Source: Blastocystis sp. Blastoise
Taxonomy: Eukaryota; Protista; Bigyra: Opalinata
DNA length: 64,000 nt
Direction: 5' to 3'
NCBI GenBank assembly: GCA_039096225.1
Contig: JBBPEB010000034.1
Coordinates: 1,116,001-1,180,000 of the forward strand
Shown: positions 1-14,898 of the stretch, piece after piece
How positions within the stretch are numbered: position 1 is the first letter of the stretch
Layout: each line of letters opens with the position of its first letter
Made by a program: the position numbers and the translations under genes
Notes under the pieces: model-generated
The model's database searches: none
What the model was told of the DNA's origin: nothing
What the model saw: the letters and a program-made list of their open reading frames with translations, nothing else

Positions 1-2608
1 GGAACATCAGAAAAAGTGAATTTCTTTGGAATTATTTGTTCTACAGAGTTATTTAATGATGCAAAATCATGATTACTATTCTGAGTATCAATAGGAATAG
101 TATTAACTCGATCTACTATAAGATTTCTATTCTGTTGAATACCATTTTTATTTAAGAATGGTTCTAAAGGTAATGACATACTACAATTACCTTTAGTACC
201 AGTTGTATTTACAATCATTTCATTACTAAGAGTATTCTGAGTAATTAAATATTCAGGACTTTGATATGATTTAGAACGACAATGATTATTATCTTGAGGA
301 ATAGAGAGTCTCTTCTTATTTATATCTTTAGCTAAACCTTCTTCTTCTTTAATAGAATAATAATCATATAAATGAAATTGATTATCCGAACCTAAGAAAT
401 ATATATTATTTCTTTTTGAATTATTAATATTATCATTAGTATTAGTATTAGAGGTTGTATCAAGAAGACCAGCTTCAGAAATAGTCATAGGATTTGGATT
501 AATATCCGTTTGAAAAGGCTCAGGAGGATTACAAATACCTGTATTTATATATAAACCATTCGATTCATTATATTGATTTGTATCTATAGAATTCTTGTGA
601 TTTTGTAAATAATTTTCATATTCTATTTGTAAAATACAGTAATCTTTCCTTAATTCATCATATTCATATTTCATATTTTCATATTTATTATGATCAACTG
701 TTAATTCTCCTATTTCTTGTTCTAATTCATTCTGTTTTATTTCTAATTTTTCATTTTCAGATATTAGAGATTGCCATTTATCATGTGTTTGGTTATATCT
801 CTTTGATAATGATTTACATTCTGTTTTAGATGCATCAAGTTGTATTTGCAATTGATTTAGTATTTCTTGTTGAGTATTCAAATTATCAGTTTTCATATTT
901 AATGATTTCTCATATTCTTTTTTCTTCTCTTCAAATAAATCATTAATTTGAATTTTTTCTTCTTTCAAAGATTGAATAAGAGATGCATCTTCTTCGATTT
1001 TCTTTAAATGATTCATAATTTCAGTAGTATATTTCTTTTCTAATTCTTGTTTTTGAGAATTAAAATATAATTCGTTTTGATTCATTGTTTTCATAGTATC
1101 ATTATTTTCTTTCTTTAATTGATTAATGAATTCTTCTTTTGAATTTAATATCATTGTATATTCTTTCATATTGTTCTCAACATCATCCATATATTTAGTA
1201 TATACATCAAGTGATAGTAATTCTTCATCTGAAAAAGTCTTAATTTTTCGTTGAATATTAATAAAACAATCTTTATATTTCTGAATAAGTTGATGAATAT
1301 CTATTTGATTATCATTTTCATTATTATTATCATTAGTAAACACAACGATAGGTATTGAAATAGCTTCTAATAATCGATCAAATGAATGAATATGTTTCTT
1401 TGTATAATTAGATACAGTCGAAGATAAATTATATTGATTTCTATTATATATAGAATTTGAAGTTAGTGTAACAGTATTTTCAGAAGAAGGAATAGAAGAA
1501 GTAGTACTAGTACTAGTTGATGCTATTTCTCTTGTTTCTGTTGTTGTTTCTCTTGGATGTGTACACGTGTTATTATAAAGATCTATAGAAGGTAATGTAG
1601 TATTGAATATATCAATTTTATCATCATTTATATTATCAAAATCTGTTTCAGTATCACTTAAATATTTTTTAGAATCAAAAGAATCAAAAGAATCAAGAGA
1701 ATCATTATCATAAACAGGTTCTACACTGTTAGATATTACCTTGTTTTGTATAGTATTATTATCTTCATGTAATGTATTCACAACATCAGTAGTTGTTTCA
1801 TGAATAAAAAGAGATGAATCGGAAGATAATGAAGAAGAGAAAGAAGATTGTTGAATAATTGAACTTGAATCACTATTATTATTATTTATATCTTGATAAG
1901 AATCTAATGACATATTTAAAGATATATCTTGTTTATTATTAGTAATAGAAGAATAAGATGTAGACATAGAAGACACAGTAGCTAATGATGATTTATGATG
2001 GGTTCTATAATGAGATAAATGAGATATATTCAAATTATTTTGTATATCTAAAATATTTCTTATTAAATAAGTAGTACGTTTATCTAATGTTTCAATTTCT
2101 TTAGTAATAAACTCTTTTAATAAAATTATATTATTATTTAAATCAACATTCTTTATTTCTAAATCATCTTTTTGTTTTTGAATTTCATCTAATAATATAT
2201 TCTTCTTATTTAATATCGTTTCTTGATTTTTATTTTGCTCTAATAATGTATTATTATCCGATTTTAATTTTTCAAAAACAACAAAAAATGATGATAATTT
2301 CTTATAAGCGGATTCCATCTTTAAATATAAAGTATCTAAATATTCATTCTTATTATTCTTTAAATCTATAGTAAATAGAGGAGATATATTTTTAATATCA
2401 TTAGTTGATACAGGAATAGAAGAAGGAGTTGTAGTAGTAATAGTATTAGAATTATTAGTAGGAGTAGTAGTAATAGTATTAGAATTATTAGGAGTAACAA
2501 GAGTAGGAGTAGTAGAAGTATTATTATTATTAACATTATTATTAACATTATTATTATTATCTGAGATATTATTATTATTATCTGAGATATTATTATTATT
2601 ATCTGAGA

Positions 2609-2639
<31 letters not shown>

Positions 2640-2797
2640 ATCTATATCATTAATAGATGGAGGAGCTTCAAATTGATTACGATATGTTTGTTCTCTAAAC
2701 ATACGTATAGTATCTAATAATAATACCTGAAGAGGTTCTTTATCATTATACACAAGAGGAGAAGATGAAGGAGCAACAAAAGTAGAAGAAGAAGAAA

Positions 2798-2844
<47 letters not shown>

Positions 2845-5800
2845 GAGATTAAATATTGTTCTGTTCCTATAGGAATTGGAGTTGATGGATTACTTAACTG
2901 ATGGAATTGAGGATTTAAATGAGAAATATCAATTAAAGATTTAATTTCAAGAATAAATAATAATATCTTTTGACTTACATGATTCTTTAAAGATTGAATC
3001 ATTTCAATACATTTCAATTTCTCTTCTTCGTTATTAACATTCAATAAAGCTATTTGTTCAATTGAATTCGATAATATAAATAGATCATTTTGATTGGTCT
3101 TCTTTAAATCAATCATTTGATCTGGTTCTATCGAATTCTTAAGCGCTTCTATTTGTACTTTCAATAAACCAATATTATTATCTCTTATTTGTAATTGTTT
3201 ATTATTTTCATCATTTAGTTCTTCAATTTTTTCTTTAAATTGACTAATTTCTTTATTAAGAATATTTATTTTCTTTTCATTAATACTATTAATATTATTA
3301 ATCTCAGAAGTATATTTATCATTATTATTTTTTAATGTTTCTTCATTTTGTTTTTTAATTTGAATTATTGAATTTTCTTTCTCTTTTATTGTATTGACAA
3401 CTAATTCTTCTAATTCTGTATTTTTAGCCATAGTTTTCTGTAATAACTGATCTTTTTCATTCAATTTATTTCTTAATACTAAACCATTTTCATTAATATC
3501 TTTATCACGATTATCTTTTAAATAATTAATTTCATTATCTTTATTATCTAATAATGAATGTAATTGGTTATGATGATTATCATATATAGAAACACATCTT
3601 TCTATTATACTTAATTGATCTTTATTAATAGACATATAATTATTTTTAAAAAGACTTAATTTTTCAATGAGATCATTTAATTTAGTTTCTATTTCTTCTT
3701 TACAAAAACGTGATTTCTCAATTGTACTTTCTATCTCTTTAGAAATAATAGTATATACTTTCATAGAATAATCACGATATAAATTCTCAATAGTATCAGA
3801 ATCCTGTTTACTAATAGTATGAATAGAAGGAATAATATCAATAGAATCCTCTAAAATATTATTATACTTATTATTATTATTAGTAGTAGTATTAGTATTT
3901 ATAGATTTATTATCATCATTGGTTACAGTAGTAATATTCTTATTCATATTATTATGAGTGATATCTTTTGTAGATATATTTGAAGTATTACTGATTGTAT
4001 TATTATTATCATCATTATTATTATCACATGATTTCTTAAGATTATTCAATTGATTTTCTGTAATAGGAATAGAAGGAGTAGTAGAATGAATCGATACAGG
4101 AGTAGTAGAAGGAATCGATACAGGAGTAGTAATAGGAATAGGTGTTAAATCATCTAAAGAAGAATGAGGAGATCCAATAGAAAGAGAAAAAGAAGGTAAA
4201 ACTTGAAGAATAGAATTATAGAAATCTTTGTTAAGAGAAGAAAGAGTATCTATAAACAAATGATAATGATCAACAGATTCAGTTATACTTTCAATATCAT
4301 AATGAATATAATCAACTTCTTCACTTGTTAATTCTTCATATTTCTCATAACATACAGTAAACTGTGATTTACATTCTAAATAACGTTCCTGTAATTCACA
4401 TAATTCTATTGTTTTATTCATTATTAACTGTTTTTTCTTATTCATATTATTATCAATATCATCATTCTTATTAATTGAATGTATTGGAATGATAGTAGTA
4501 TTTGAATCTTCTATTGTATTCTTAGAAATAGAATTCGTATTTATAGTATTCATATTTAATAGAGAGGATTCATTTAGATTATCAGAAATAGATTGAATAT
4601 TTGTATTATTCTGAATAATATCATTTTCATTATTATTTTCATGGTTTTGAGAATGGTTTGAAGAATCCTCTTGATTATTATTGATTTGTATAGGAAACTC
4701 AGTATCATTTATATAAATAGAAGTATATGATTTCAATAAATTTTGATAACTAGTAAATAAATCATCTAATAATTGATTACTTAATTTAAATGTTTCTTGA
4801 TGAGTTTCACATATATTATTCTTAGCATTACAAAGTGCAGTTAATTTTGAAACATGAGAATTTAATAATTCTTCTTCTTTCTTTAATTTTTCTCTATCTG
4901 AAAGTAATTGTTTACGTTCAATATTTAAATTCTTAATATTTTCATGAAGTAAGTTAATTGCTGTTAAATTTGCTGAAGTTTTCAAATCAGATGATTCAGA
5001 ATAAACTTTATTTTCTTCATTTGTTACAATATATTGTTTTAATTGATCTATAATTGATTTATATTGATTGACAACAGGTGATACTTTATTAATAATAAAA
5101 TTTTGATCTTTCTCATTATTTGAATTTATTTCATTAAATTGAACTTCATTTTCTTCTTTATTAGTATATTGATTAACAAAAGATACATATTCATCATTTA
5201 ATGTTTCTAATTGACTATTAATATCTTGTATATTAATAGAAGGAGAAAGTGATACAGAGAATGTATTATTAGGAGAGGATGAAAGGAAGACTGATGGTGG
5301 TATATGAGGTTTATAGAAAGGTTGATTGACATTATCATATATAGGAGACATTGAAGCATGAATACTAGTAGAATGAGGTGATATTACAGAAATAGTTGTA
5401 TTCTGTATTGAGTTTATAGAAGAATAATGATTATTAATAGTTGTTTGTATAGAAGGAGAAAGATAAGGAGAAACAAAAGAAGGAGTCTTTAGTTTCTTTA
5501 TTGTATTTTCATTTTCTTCTATTATATCTTTTAATCGTTGAATTTCTTGTTCATATTGATTCTGATTATTTAGTAAAGAAATATATCGTTTATTTTTCTT
5601 ACTAACTTCAGATAAAGTTGATTTTAACATATGTATATCTTGACTCTGAAGAGCAGCTTCAATTCGTAACGGCAATGAGGGATCATTAACAGTTTCTGTA
5701 TTTGATGGAGTATTTATATTACTTCGTTGTAAAGGAGAGAATGAAAAAGTATCTTTTGTCTGTTTTGGAGTTACAAATGATGATTCTTTAGAAGTATCTA

Positions 5801-6612
5801 TATATATAGTTTTAGTCATTAATTTATTTGGTGTTGATTGAATAGCATGAGGAGTAGAAATAGAAGATAAACAACTCGAATTTTGAGATTTCAATTGTTT
5901 TATTTCATTTTGTAATAATTCAATTTGTTTCACTAAATCGGTAATAATATTCTGAGAATTAGATTCATTAGTTATTGTATTCTTTATATCACTTGTATTC
6001 TTAATATTATTATTACTATTACTATTTATAGATATAGGTAAAGACGAAGTAGTTGATTGTCTATTTATAGAAATAACGGAAGAATTCACTTTATTCGCAG
6101 GGAAACTGATAGTATGATTAGGAGATTGAGGAACTATATATTTATTGAAAGTATTACAATACTGTGTTGTTGAAGTATTCTCATTTTCTTGAGGTATTTC
6201 AGATGAATTATCATTCTTTATAACAGTATTAATAGTATTAGTATTATTTATATCATTTGTATTATTATTAATAATCTTAGAATCATTCATAGATGTATAT
6301 ATATCAACAGTTTTAGATTCTATAATAGAATTACTATTATTATTATTATCTAAGATATTATTAATATTAGTAATATCATTAGTAATATTATTAGTACTAT
6401 CGAAATAAGAAGTATCTTTCAAATTGTTTAATAATAATTTAAGTTGTTCATTTGTCTTCATATATTCATTTTTCTCTTTTAGTAGATAATTAATTGTATT
6501 ATTTAATGAACTTAATGTAATATCATTCTGATGTAATTGCTGTTTTAATTGACTCATTTCTGATTTACTAGCTATAGTATCAAAACAAGGTAAACTTGTT
6601 CCTTCAAATTGA

Positions 6613-6660
<48 letters not shown>

Positions 6661-9474
6661 AAAGGTAATATATAATAAGCAAAAGTATTCATATAAATAA
6701 TAAATATATAATAATATATATAATATATATAGCAAATAAAAAAGTATATAATAAATAGATAATAAATAAATAATAAATAATAATACTTTTAATTTGTTTT
6801 AAAGAATGAATATCATCCTCAAGATAATCATCACACGATTCAGCATCAATCAGTCCTAAACTTAATTTATAATCATGAATTGTTCGATATAAACCATCAA
6901 TTATTTCTAAATCATTAGTATTTTGAGAATTTGTTTTTATATATATATTTTGATATCGTTGTAATAATACATCAATAAATTCCCATATAGCAAAATCTTT
7001 ATCTTTTCGAGTTACTAGAGACGTAGAAAAAGAAATAATTTTATTATTCATATTATTATTCATATTATTATTCATATTATTATTCATATTATTACTTTTA
7101 AAATTAGTAATACAAGTATTATTCTTTGTATTATTTTCATTAGTTATAGAAAGATTATTTGATAATATATCATTATTATCAAAAGAGAAATAATTAGAAG
7201 AAGAAATACTTGAAGGTGATGAATCTAATGGTATTGTACTACTACTTAATGTATGTCTTGTATATATCCCTTTTGAATTCTTCATAAGAGAAGATAGATT
7301 TAATAATGGGGAATTAGGGAAATGAGGCGCTGGAGACACAATTGGACTAGTAATAGGAGAAGATATATTTATAGGAGTATAAGAAATTGAAGAATTATGA
7401 TATTTTGATAAAGAACATGATACATTAGGTTTATACATAGAAGAATGCAGAGTATTCGTACGATTAGGACTCAATAATCGCGGGGATATCATTGTTTGAG
7501 AAGTATTTGAATGAGGTGATACCAATGTCTGTGAATGATTATTATTAACATTTTGATAATTGATTACTTTATTATTATTATTACCTAAGGGTTGTTCTAT
7601 TGAATCTAGAGAAAGAGATAAATGATGTGATTCGCGCTTTGAGAGATGACGCGTCGCTGAGACCGAATGAGAAGAGTATAAAGAATTCTCTATAGAATGA
7701 TTCTTACTATTACTATTAGTAGTAGTAGTATTGAAGACATCCGTGTCTCTATTATTCGTATTATAATTATAATATAGATTTGACTTTGAAGGTAAAGGTG
7801 ATTCTGATTGAATATGAATAGAATTATAAGAATTCATAACATTAATAGTATAATTATTAACTATGTTTGTATTACCAAAACTCATAGTATTCATAGAATC
7901 ATTCATACCATAATTATTATTAGTTGATATTGTTGATATATTATTATTTATTCTATTAACTACATTCAAATAAATAATAAATAAATCACTAAAAATTTTC
8001 TTTTTTATTCTATCTTTAGCTGTTTCACTTTCTTGAAGAATAAGTTTATATTGTTTCTTTTGAAGTTCTTCTATATAAAAATTAGTTTCAAAAGTAATAC
8101 ATATTTTAGAATTAATAACACTTTTTAGTTTTTGTTTAAATTCAACACTCAAATTAGTAAATTGAGTTTTATCATTAAGATTCATGATGTGACTATCTTG
8201 TGTACTTCGACGTCTACCAATTGTCATACGACTCGTACGTGACGAGTAATCGTCAGAAATATAGGATGTGTCATTAATATCATTAAATTGAGAATCATAA
8301 GTAGACATGCGCGGAGTAGAAACCCAATTCATTGATTGGTTAGAATAGTTAGTGTTACTACTACGAAAAGAGAATGATCGATGATGAATAGTATTAACAG
8401 AAGAAGAAGGAGAATGATTTATATTATTCGGTGTAGGTACAGAGATCGAAATTGGAGTAGAACTTATATTATTATAAATACATGAAGATGAATTCATAGA
8501 TAAATAATTAAGATTATTACTATAAGATCCATTATGTTGTGTAGATATAGAGTTTCTATGAGTATATGAAGTAGTACAAGGAATCCATCCATTGATGGGA
8601 GTATTTACAGAAGGAATACATACAGAATTACGTTTATGTAAAAGAGAAGGAGTAGAAAGAGAAGAAGGAGTATTCATAATAGAAGAAGAAAATGTGTAAT
8701 TGGTATTTATAGGATATAGAGTAGTATTAAGTGAAGATGAATTAGATATAAGAGGAGGAGGCGAGAGAGATTGATTAGAAGATATAGTATTTGATGTTAA
8801 TGGATAATTTGTAGATGGTAAACTACATTTTATTTGATTTCCATATATATTATTTACTGTAGAATTATTCATTATTGTAGATGTATTTCCATCTATTTCA
8901 TTTATATCATTTCCTATATCACTACCTGTATTTGTAGAGTTTCTAGAATATGACGAAGAATTAGAATATGTTCTATTACGCATTTGAGGTAACGTTAGTT
9001 CACGAATAATTGATTTATAATCAAGTTTATCTTTTGTTGTTTTACTTAGAGCTATTAAGGGAGGTAGTATAGAAAGAACAGTAGGAGTAAAAGTATCAGG
9101 AGAAATAAACATAGGATAACTAGTTGAACGTAAATAACCAAATCGATATAATTCATTATTTACTAGATATAGAAATATATATTAGAAAAATATAAAGAAA
9201 AAAATATAGAAATATATATAACTAGTGATTATAATTTTATGAATATATATATATATATATATATAGAATCAATAATGAATACAGTATTCAATAAAGATAA
9301 TAATATATTTAAATTGTTTATATGTATTATAAATAATATATATAAATATATATACACATTCGAATATTATATTCTAGTTCAATAGCTTTCGATTCAATAT
9401 ATTCATTCGATGTATAGAAACAACTTAATATTAATACCTTTTGCCAATCTTTTAATTCTCTTACTATATATATA

Positions 9475-9505
<31 letters not shown>

Positions 9506-9677
9506 AAATAATTTATAAGAATCATAAATTTATTTTATATATATATCAAATAAATCATAATAATATAATCATTATTATTATATATATACCATTAATAGAA
9601 ATGCATTGTAATTTTGGTAATTTATATGTTTTTATTGTATTTGAAATTTGTAAAAGAGCAAAATAATCAAAAAATTT

Positions 9678-9730
<53 letters not shown>

Positions 9731-9811
9731 AGGTAATCGTATTAATATAATTTCATTTAAAAACACTGTTTGAGGAGTGATTCTACAAAATAATTCCATA
9801 CAGGGCGTTTC

Positions 9812-9852
<41 letters not shown>

Positions 9853-11834
9853 TATAGAATAGATATATATATTAAATAATCTATATATATATATATATAT
9901 TAAATAACATATATATACCAGTAATTTCAATAGATATCAATGAATCCAGTTTATGAGTCATAATACTATTACAAAAATCTGTAACGTACGTATGTATGTA
10001 CGGAATATCTATGAGGGATCAAAAGTAAGATAGATATCATATATATAATATTAGTTATATATAAAATAAAGAATATATATATATATATAATATTAATTTA
10101 AAATAGAATAAAGAATATATATACATAATAAAGATAATGTTTGTAAATAACTCTGAGGTTCATTCTCCCAGAAGGGTCTAAGAATGGGAGTTATTTGGGT
10201 ATCATATATATCTAATAAATTATATATAGATATAGTATTAGTATAGTATTATTATAGTATTATATATAAAGTTAAATATAGAGTAATAGTAATAGCTAGT
10301 AATTTATATATATATATAAATACAGAATGTGGATATATCTTGAAGAGAATAAGATGAAATAATAGGAATACTAATCTATATATATGGTAATAACAATTAT
10401 TATTATTATTATTATTATTATATAGTTACATATTACAATACATAAATATATAATAATAATAATATCGTTATATAATATTATATATATATACAGGAATGGC
10501 AAGAACATAAAGAGTATCATCAAAGTAAGTATTAATGACTGTCATGTCTGAAAGAATACAATTATTCACGATTAAACAAACTGTACTAATCTCTGATAAA
10601 TGCATTTCTTGCTATATATATAATTATAGAGTAGTCTAGAATATATATAAAAAATTATTAGTATATATGTTAAGAACAATAATAAATAGAAAAAATATAT
10701 ATATTATAATAAATAGAAAAAATATATATATTATAATAAACAGAAAAAAATATATATTATAATAAATAGAAAAAATATATATATTATAATAAATAGAAAA
10801 AATATATATTATAATAAATAAAAAAAAATATATATATTATAATAAATAGAAAAAATATATATATTATAATAAATAGAATAAACATATATATTATAATAAA
10901 TAGAATAAACATATATATTATAATAAATAGAATAAACATATATATAACAATAAATAGAATAATTATACATATAATAATAACGATAATACTATATATAAAT
11001 ACAACAATAAAATCTCTTATTTGTTTTCCTCTTACAGGCAATGCCATTGTTTGATGTATATTCTTATTAATAATATTAAATATGCATTTTGCTACTATAT
11101 GGATTACAGAGATAGGACAGAGGCATGGCTAGAGATACAATAGCATTGATAATATTCAGATATATAAACTAGTATAAGTAGAAACAGACGAAATAACAAA
11201 TAATTCTTAAATTTAAAAAAAAAACTCAAAAAATTCTAAAAATTCAAAAAAAATCTAAAAAATTCAAAAAAAACTCAAAAATAGCACATATTAAATCACT
11301 ATTATATACAGAAATATCTAAATTAACCATAGTAGAGTCATTTTTAAGTAATGTGCCGACTTTCGTAAATATATTAATAATATTACCATCACATCTACAT
11401 TCTAAATTACTTGGACCAGAAATAATCTATAAATATTTTTTATATCACTAATAATCTTTCTAAATATTTGTATACTTTTTCAAATATAGATAAAAAGTCG
11501 ACAATCAAGCATTCTTGCGCGACAGAGAATAAAGAATCAGTATTTTTGTAATGAATCTGGAGTAAAGTTAAATTCCATTTTGTTGTATAAAATATATGAA
11601 ATTCTTCTTCGAAAACATAAGAAGAGAATGGATTATTAACGTCAATTTTCACACCATGATATAAAAAGCAATCTTTATCCAAATCAACTTGATGGTCCTA
11701 AAAAAGAATAATGTATTAGAATCGAGAATTTATAATAGGCTTACCAAATAATTCATCAAGTAGAGACCTAGACATTTGTCAGGATCCACACTGATAATAT
11801 CAATAATGGAATTAAAGTGAATGCTTAATAGCAT
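1..11834 (-). CDS. Very large (>3,400 aa) multi-exon protein of unknown function: N-terminal ubiquitin-like and LRR-like segments, Ser/Asn-rich middle, long coiled-coil C-terminal part; 3' end outside window
   Basis: ATG at 11834 (MLLSIHFNSIIDIISVDPDK...). About 11 small GT-AG exons splice in frame into the exon containing ORF 6689..9112 (donor at 6786). Intron 6786..6614 then leads to exon 6613..<1 (SQFEGTSLPCFDTIASKSEMSQLKQQLHQ...), which is in the same frame at both ends. It contains ATGs yet is absent from the ORF track, implying no stop before the window edge. Domain labels are by-eye resemblance only. Confidence 0.8.
9680..9729 (-). repeat. 50-nt intron consisting solely of G(TA)24G
   Basis: Minus strand reads CCT T|G(TA)24G|GG AAA TTT. 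Removal restores the frame (RLPWKFFDYF); retention frameshifts. Confidence 0.8.
10678..10960. repeat. Intronic ~27-bp tandem repeat (ataataaatagaa(a/t)aaa(t/c)atatatatt), about 10 copies
   Basis: Directly visible; produces the spurious ILFIIIYMF repeat in ORF 10784..11047. Confidence 0.85.
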
Positions 11835-12153
11835 TTTGATTAATATTTCTGATTATGTATATAGAGAAACAATGTCTTATATAGAAAATTCAATTAGTTT
11901 TTAAAAGAATCTATATAATATATGCAAAGTTTATAATCAATTTTTTCAAATTTAAGCACTTTTAAATTCTGTTAAGATACCTGCAATGCCATTTTCACGG
12001 AAATCTACCATTTTTGGCGTCTGATTTTTTTATTTGACAAAAACCAATATTTTTTTCTCAAATACTCTTGGTTTACAGCGTTGTTGGTTTATTCTGAATT
12101 GTAATTTTATTTAATTTGTTTTTCAATGATTCTTCACAGAAATAGAAACAAAT

Positions 12154-13532
12154 ATGTCGGAAATCAAGATTGCATTGGAAATTGTCCGAGAGAATTATGG
12201 TCCATTAGCTGAAAAAATGTGCAAGTTTATGACACGTTTTGGCTCTGTTACTTATGGGGGTATCATAAAAGAAATGCAAAAAGAAACCAAACAAAAAGCT
12301 ACTATTCAAAATGTATGTCCTTTATTCTTAGACACTCTATTATGATGCATGGATTCTTCTATAGATCACAGATTGTTTGGTTGGATTAATTCTTCACAAA
12401 ATTGTTATCTTTAATATAGATTCTGAAAGTGATGAGAAATTAATTCAATCTAAATATAAATTTTCTCCAATTGGAGCTCTCTACAGACTCCGTCTTGGTT
12501 CATATATTACTTTTATTCAAGATAAATTTGGTGAGATTGTAATTATTCATTAGATATAGCAGCTATCCTATCATTATTCTTCGTTTTTATATATCTTATA
12601 TATATATATATTTTTTTTTTCAAAAATTTTTAGTTCCATGGATATGTTGTTTTGCTTCTATATAATCCTAATTATTGTATATAGGGAGGTATGCTCATGA
12701 CGGAATACGCGGTACGAGGTGCCGCCATTACAAGGGATGTTTTAGACAGTATTTGTGTAACAGGAGATGGTATATATTATATATATGTTTATAGTATTAT
12801 ATTTATTTGATTCGTGTGATATTAGTAATATTATTTCTTATACTTATCATATTCTATTTATAAATTATATTATTTTGTTTTATATATATAATAAAGTTTT
12901 TTTTAATATTATTATTTTTATTATGTTTTTTTATTATATTTTTTATTATTTCTTAATATTTTTTATTTTTTTTTATTATTATTTTTTTTTATTCTTTCTT
13001 CATTTCTATATACTAGTTCTACTATATATATATATATATAGAGCATACATATACTCGTGAGGAACTTAAGAATACACTCGATGCATTAAAGAGTCAAGGG
13101 TATATATGCACCTTTATAGATGTAGCAGGGAAGAAGAAACAGATGAGAGATCATTTATTAGCACTTCAGAGAATTGCAAGTGTCACCAAACGAAAAGGAA
13201 GAGGTATATATATATAGTATTATAGTATTATTATTCATTTTTTTTTTGTCATTTTTTTTTTTTAATTCTTTATTCTATTCATTATATTTATTCTATTCAT
13301 TATATTTATTATATTTATTATATTTATTATATTTTATACTTTTTTATGTTTATTAAACTATATAGGTCGTCCCGCCAAAGTTCCCGCCAAACCAAAAGTT
13401 TTATCTCCAACTACACCAACTTCTCCTGTATCTCCCACTGAATCTGCTCCTACCCGCGGGAAAAAACGAAAGACAGCCACACTTGCTGAACTTTATCTTG
13501 GAACTGGAAATACAAATACTCCAGAAAGTGAA

Positions 13533-13569
<37 letters not shown>

Positions 13570-14863
13570 TATATAGAAATTATTATTATATTCATTATAT
13601 ATATACAATTGTTATAATTCTATATTTATATTTTCTTTCTTTTTCCTTTCTCAACTATATATATATATATAGATCAAAACGTCTTAAAGTTGAGAAATCC
13701 CCAAAAGATACTGAAGAAGACACTTTATTTGATACAAAAGAAGGAGAAGGAGAAGAAGAAGAAGATCATGAAGACGTTGATATGAGAGATAAACTATTCT
13801 GTATCAACTATGAAATATATGCAAAAATACTTAGAAATAATATGATTGTCAAATATGTCACTGAACGTGTATATATTTATATTATGATTATTATTTTTTT
13901 ATTATTATTATTTTATTATTATGGTCTTGTTTGTAAAATTTAGTTGTTATAGTATTATGTATCTCTTTATTTTTCTATTATTCTTCAAATATATATTTTT
14001 ATTATTGTATCTACTATATATATAACCTTCTGTATTATCTTTTCTTTCTATTTCTCTATTTCTTAGATCAATAAAACAGCAGGTATAATCATGGATACTA
14101 TTCTTACAAGTGTTAATATTGTTAGTAGTTCATTAAATAGTACTAATAGTGATCAATATGGAAAACCACTCGAAGTATCTGCGTCATTCACAGCAAGACA
14201 AGTATGTAACTATTATTGATATTATTTATTATACTTATTATACTAATTATCATTATTAAATATATATAATTTCTCTATTATTTCATTATTTAAAAAACTT
14301 TGTTTTGTAAATACACCTTTTTATAAGCTATCATAATTCATATTATATTATATCTTCTATATTTATTAAATACCATTTATTTTTTCTTCTTATTTCCTTC
14401 TCTATAGATATTTGATCGTCTGAATGATTCTGTTCCTGTGTCTTTTAACCTTTTTGTTAATTACATGAAAGATCTTGCAAGTACACGAATGGGCTGCCTT
14501 GATACTGTATATTACTTCTTCCTATTCTATATATATATATACATTATAATTCAGATCTATTATTATATCTACTTTATTTATTATTATGGACACATATATT
14601 CTATATCTATATATATATATTATAATTCAGATCTATTATTATTTCTACTTTATTTAATATTATGGACACATATATTCTATATATATAGATGTTAGCATGT
14701 GAAGACAGTAGTGATATTACTGGAGGTACATATGTAATTGCTGTTTATAATGTTATGAACAAAATTAAAGAAGAAACTGTTGGAGCTTATATTGAAGTAT
14801 ATATATATATATATTACCATTATTTTATTTAATTATATAACCTTTTTATTTTGATATAATAGT

Positions 14864-14898
<35 letters not shown>

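Noticed and set aside
11975-12045. ACCATTTTTGGCGTCTG resembling the U5 Sm-site region
   Set aside because: No snRNA hallmark motif or stable 3' stem-loop; more likely a promoter element or chance.
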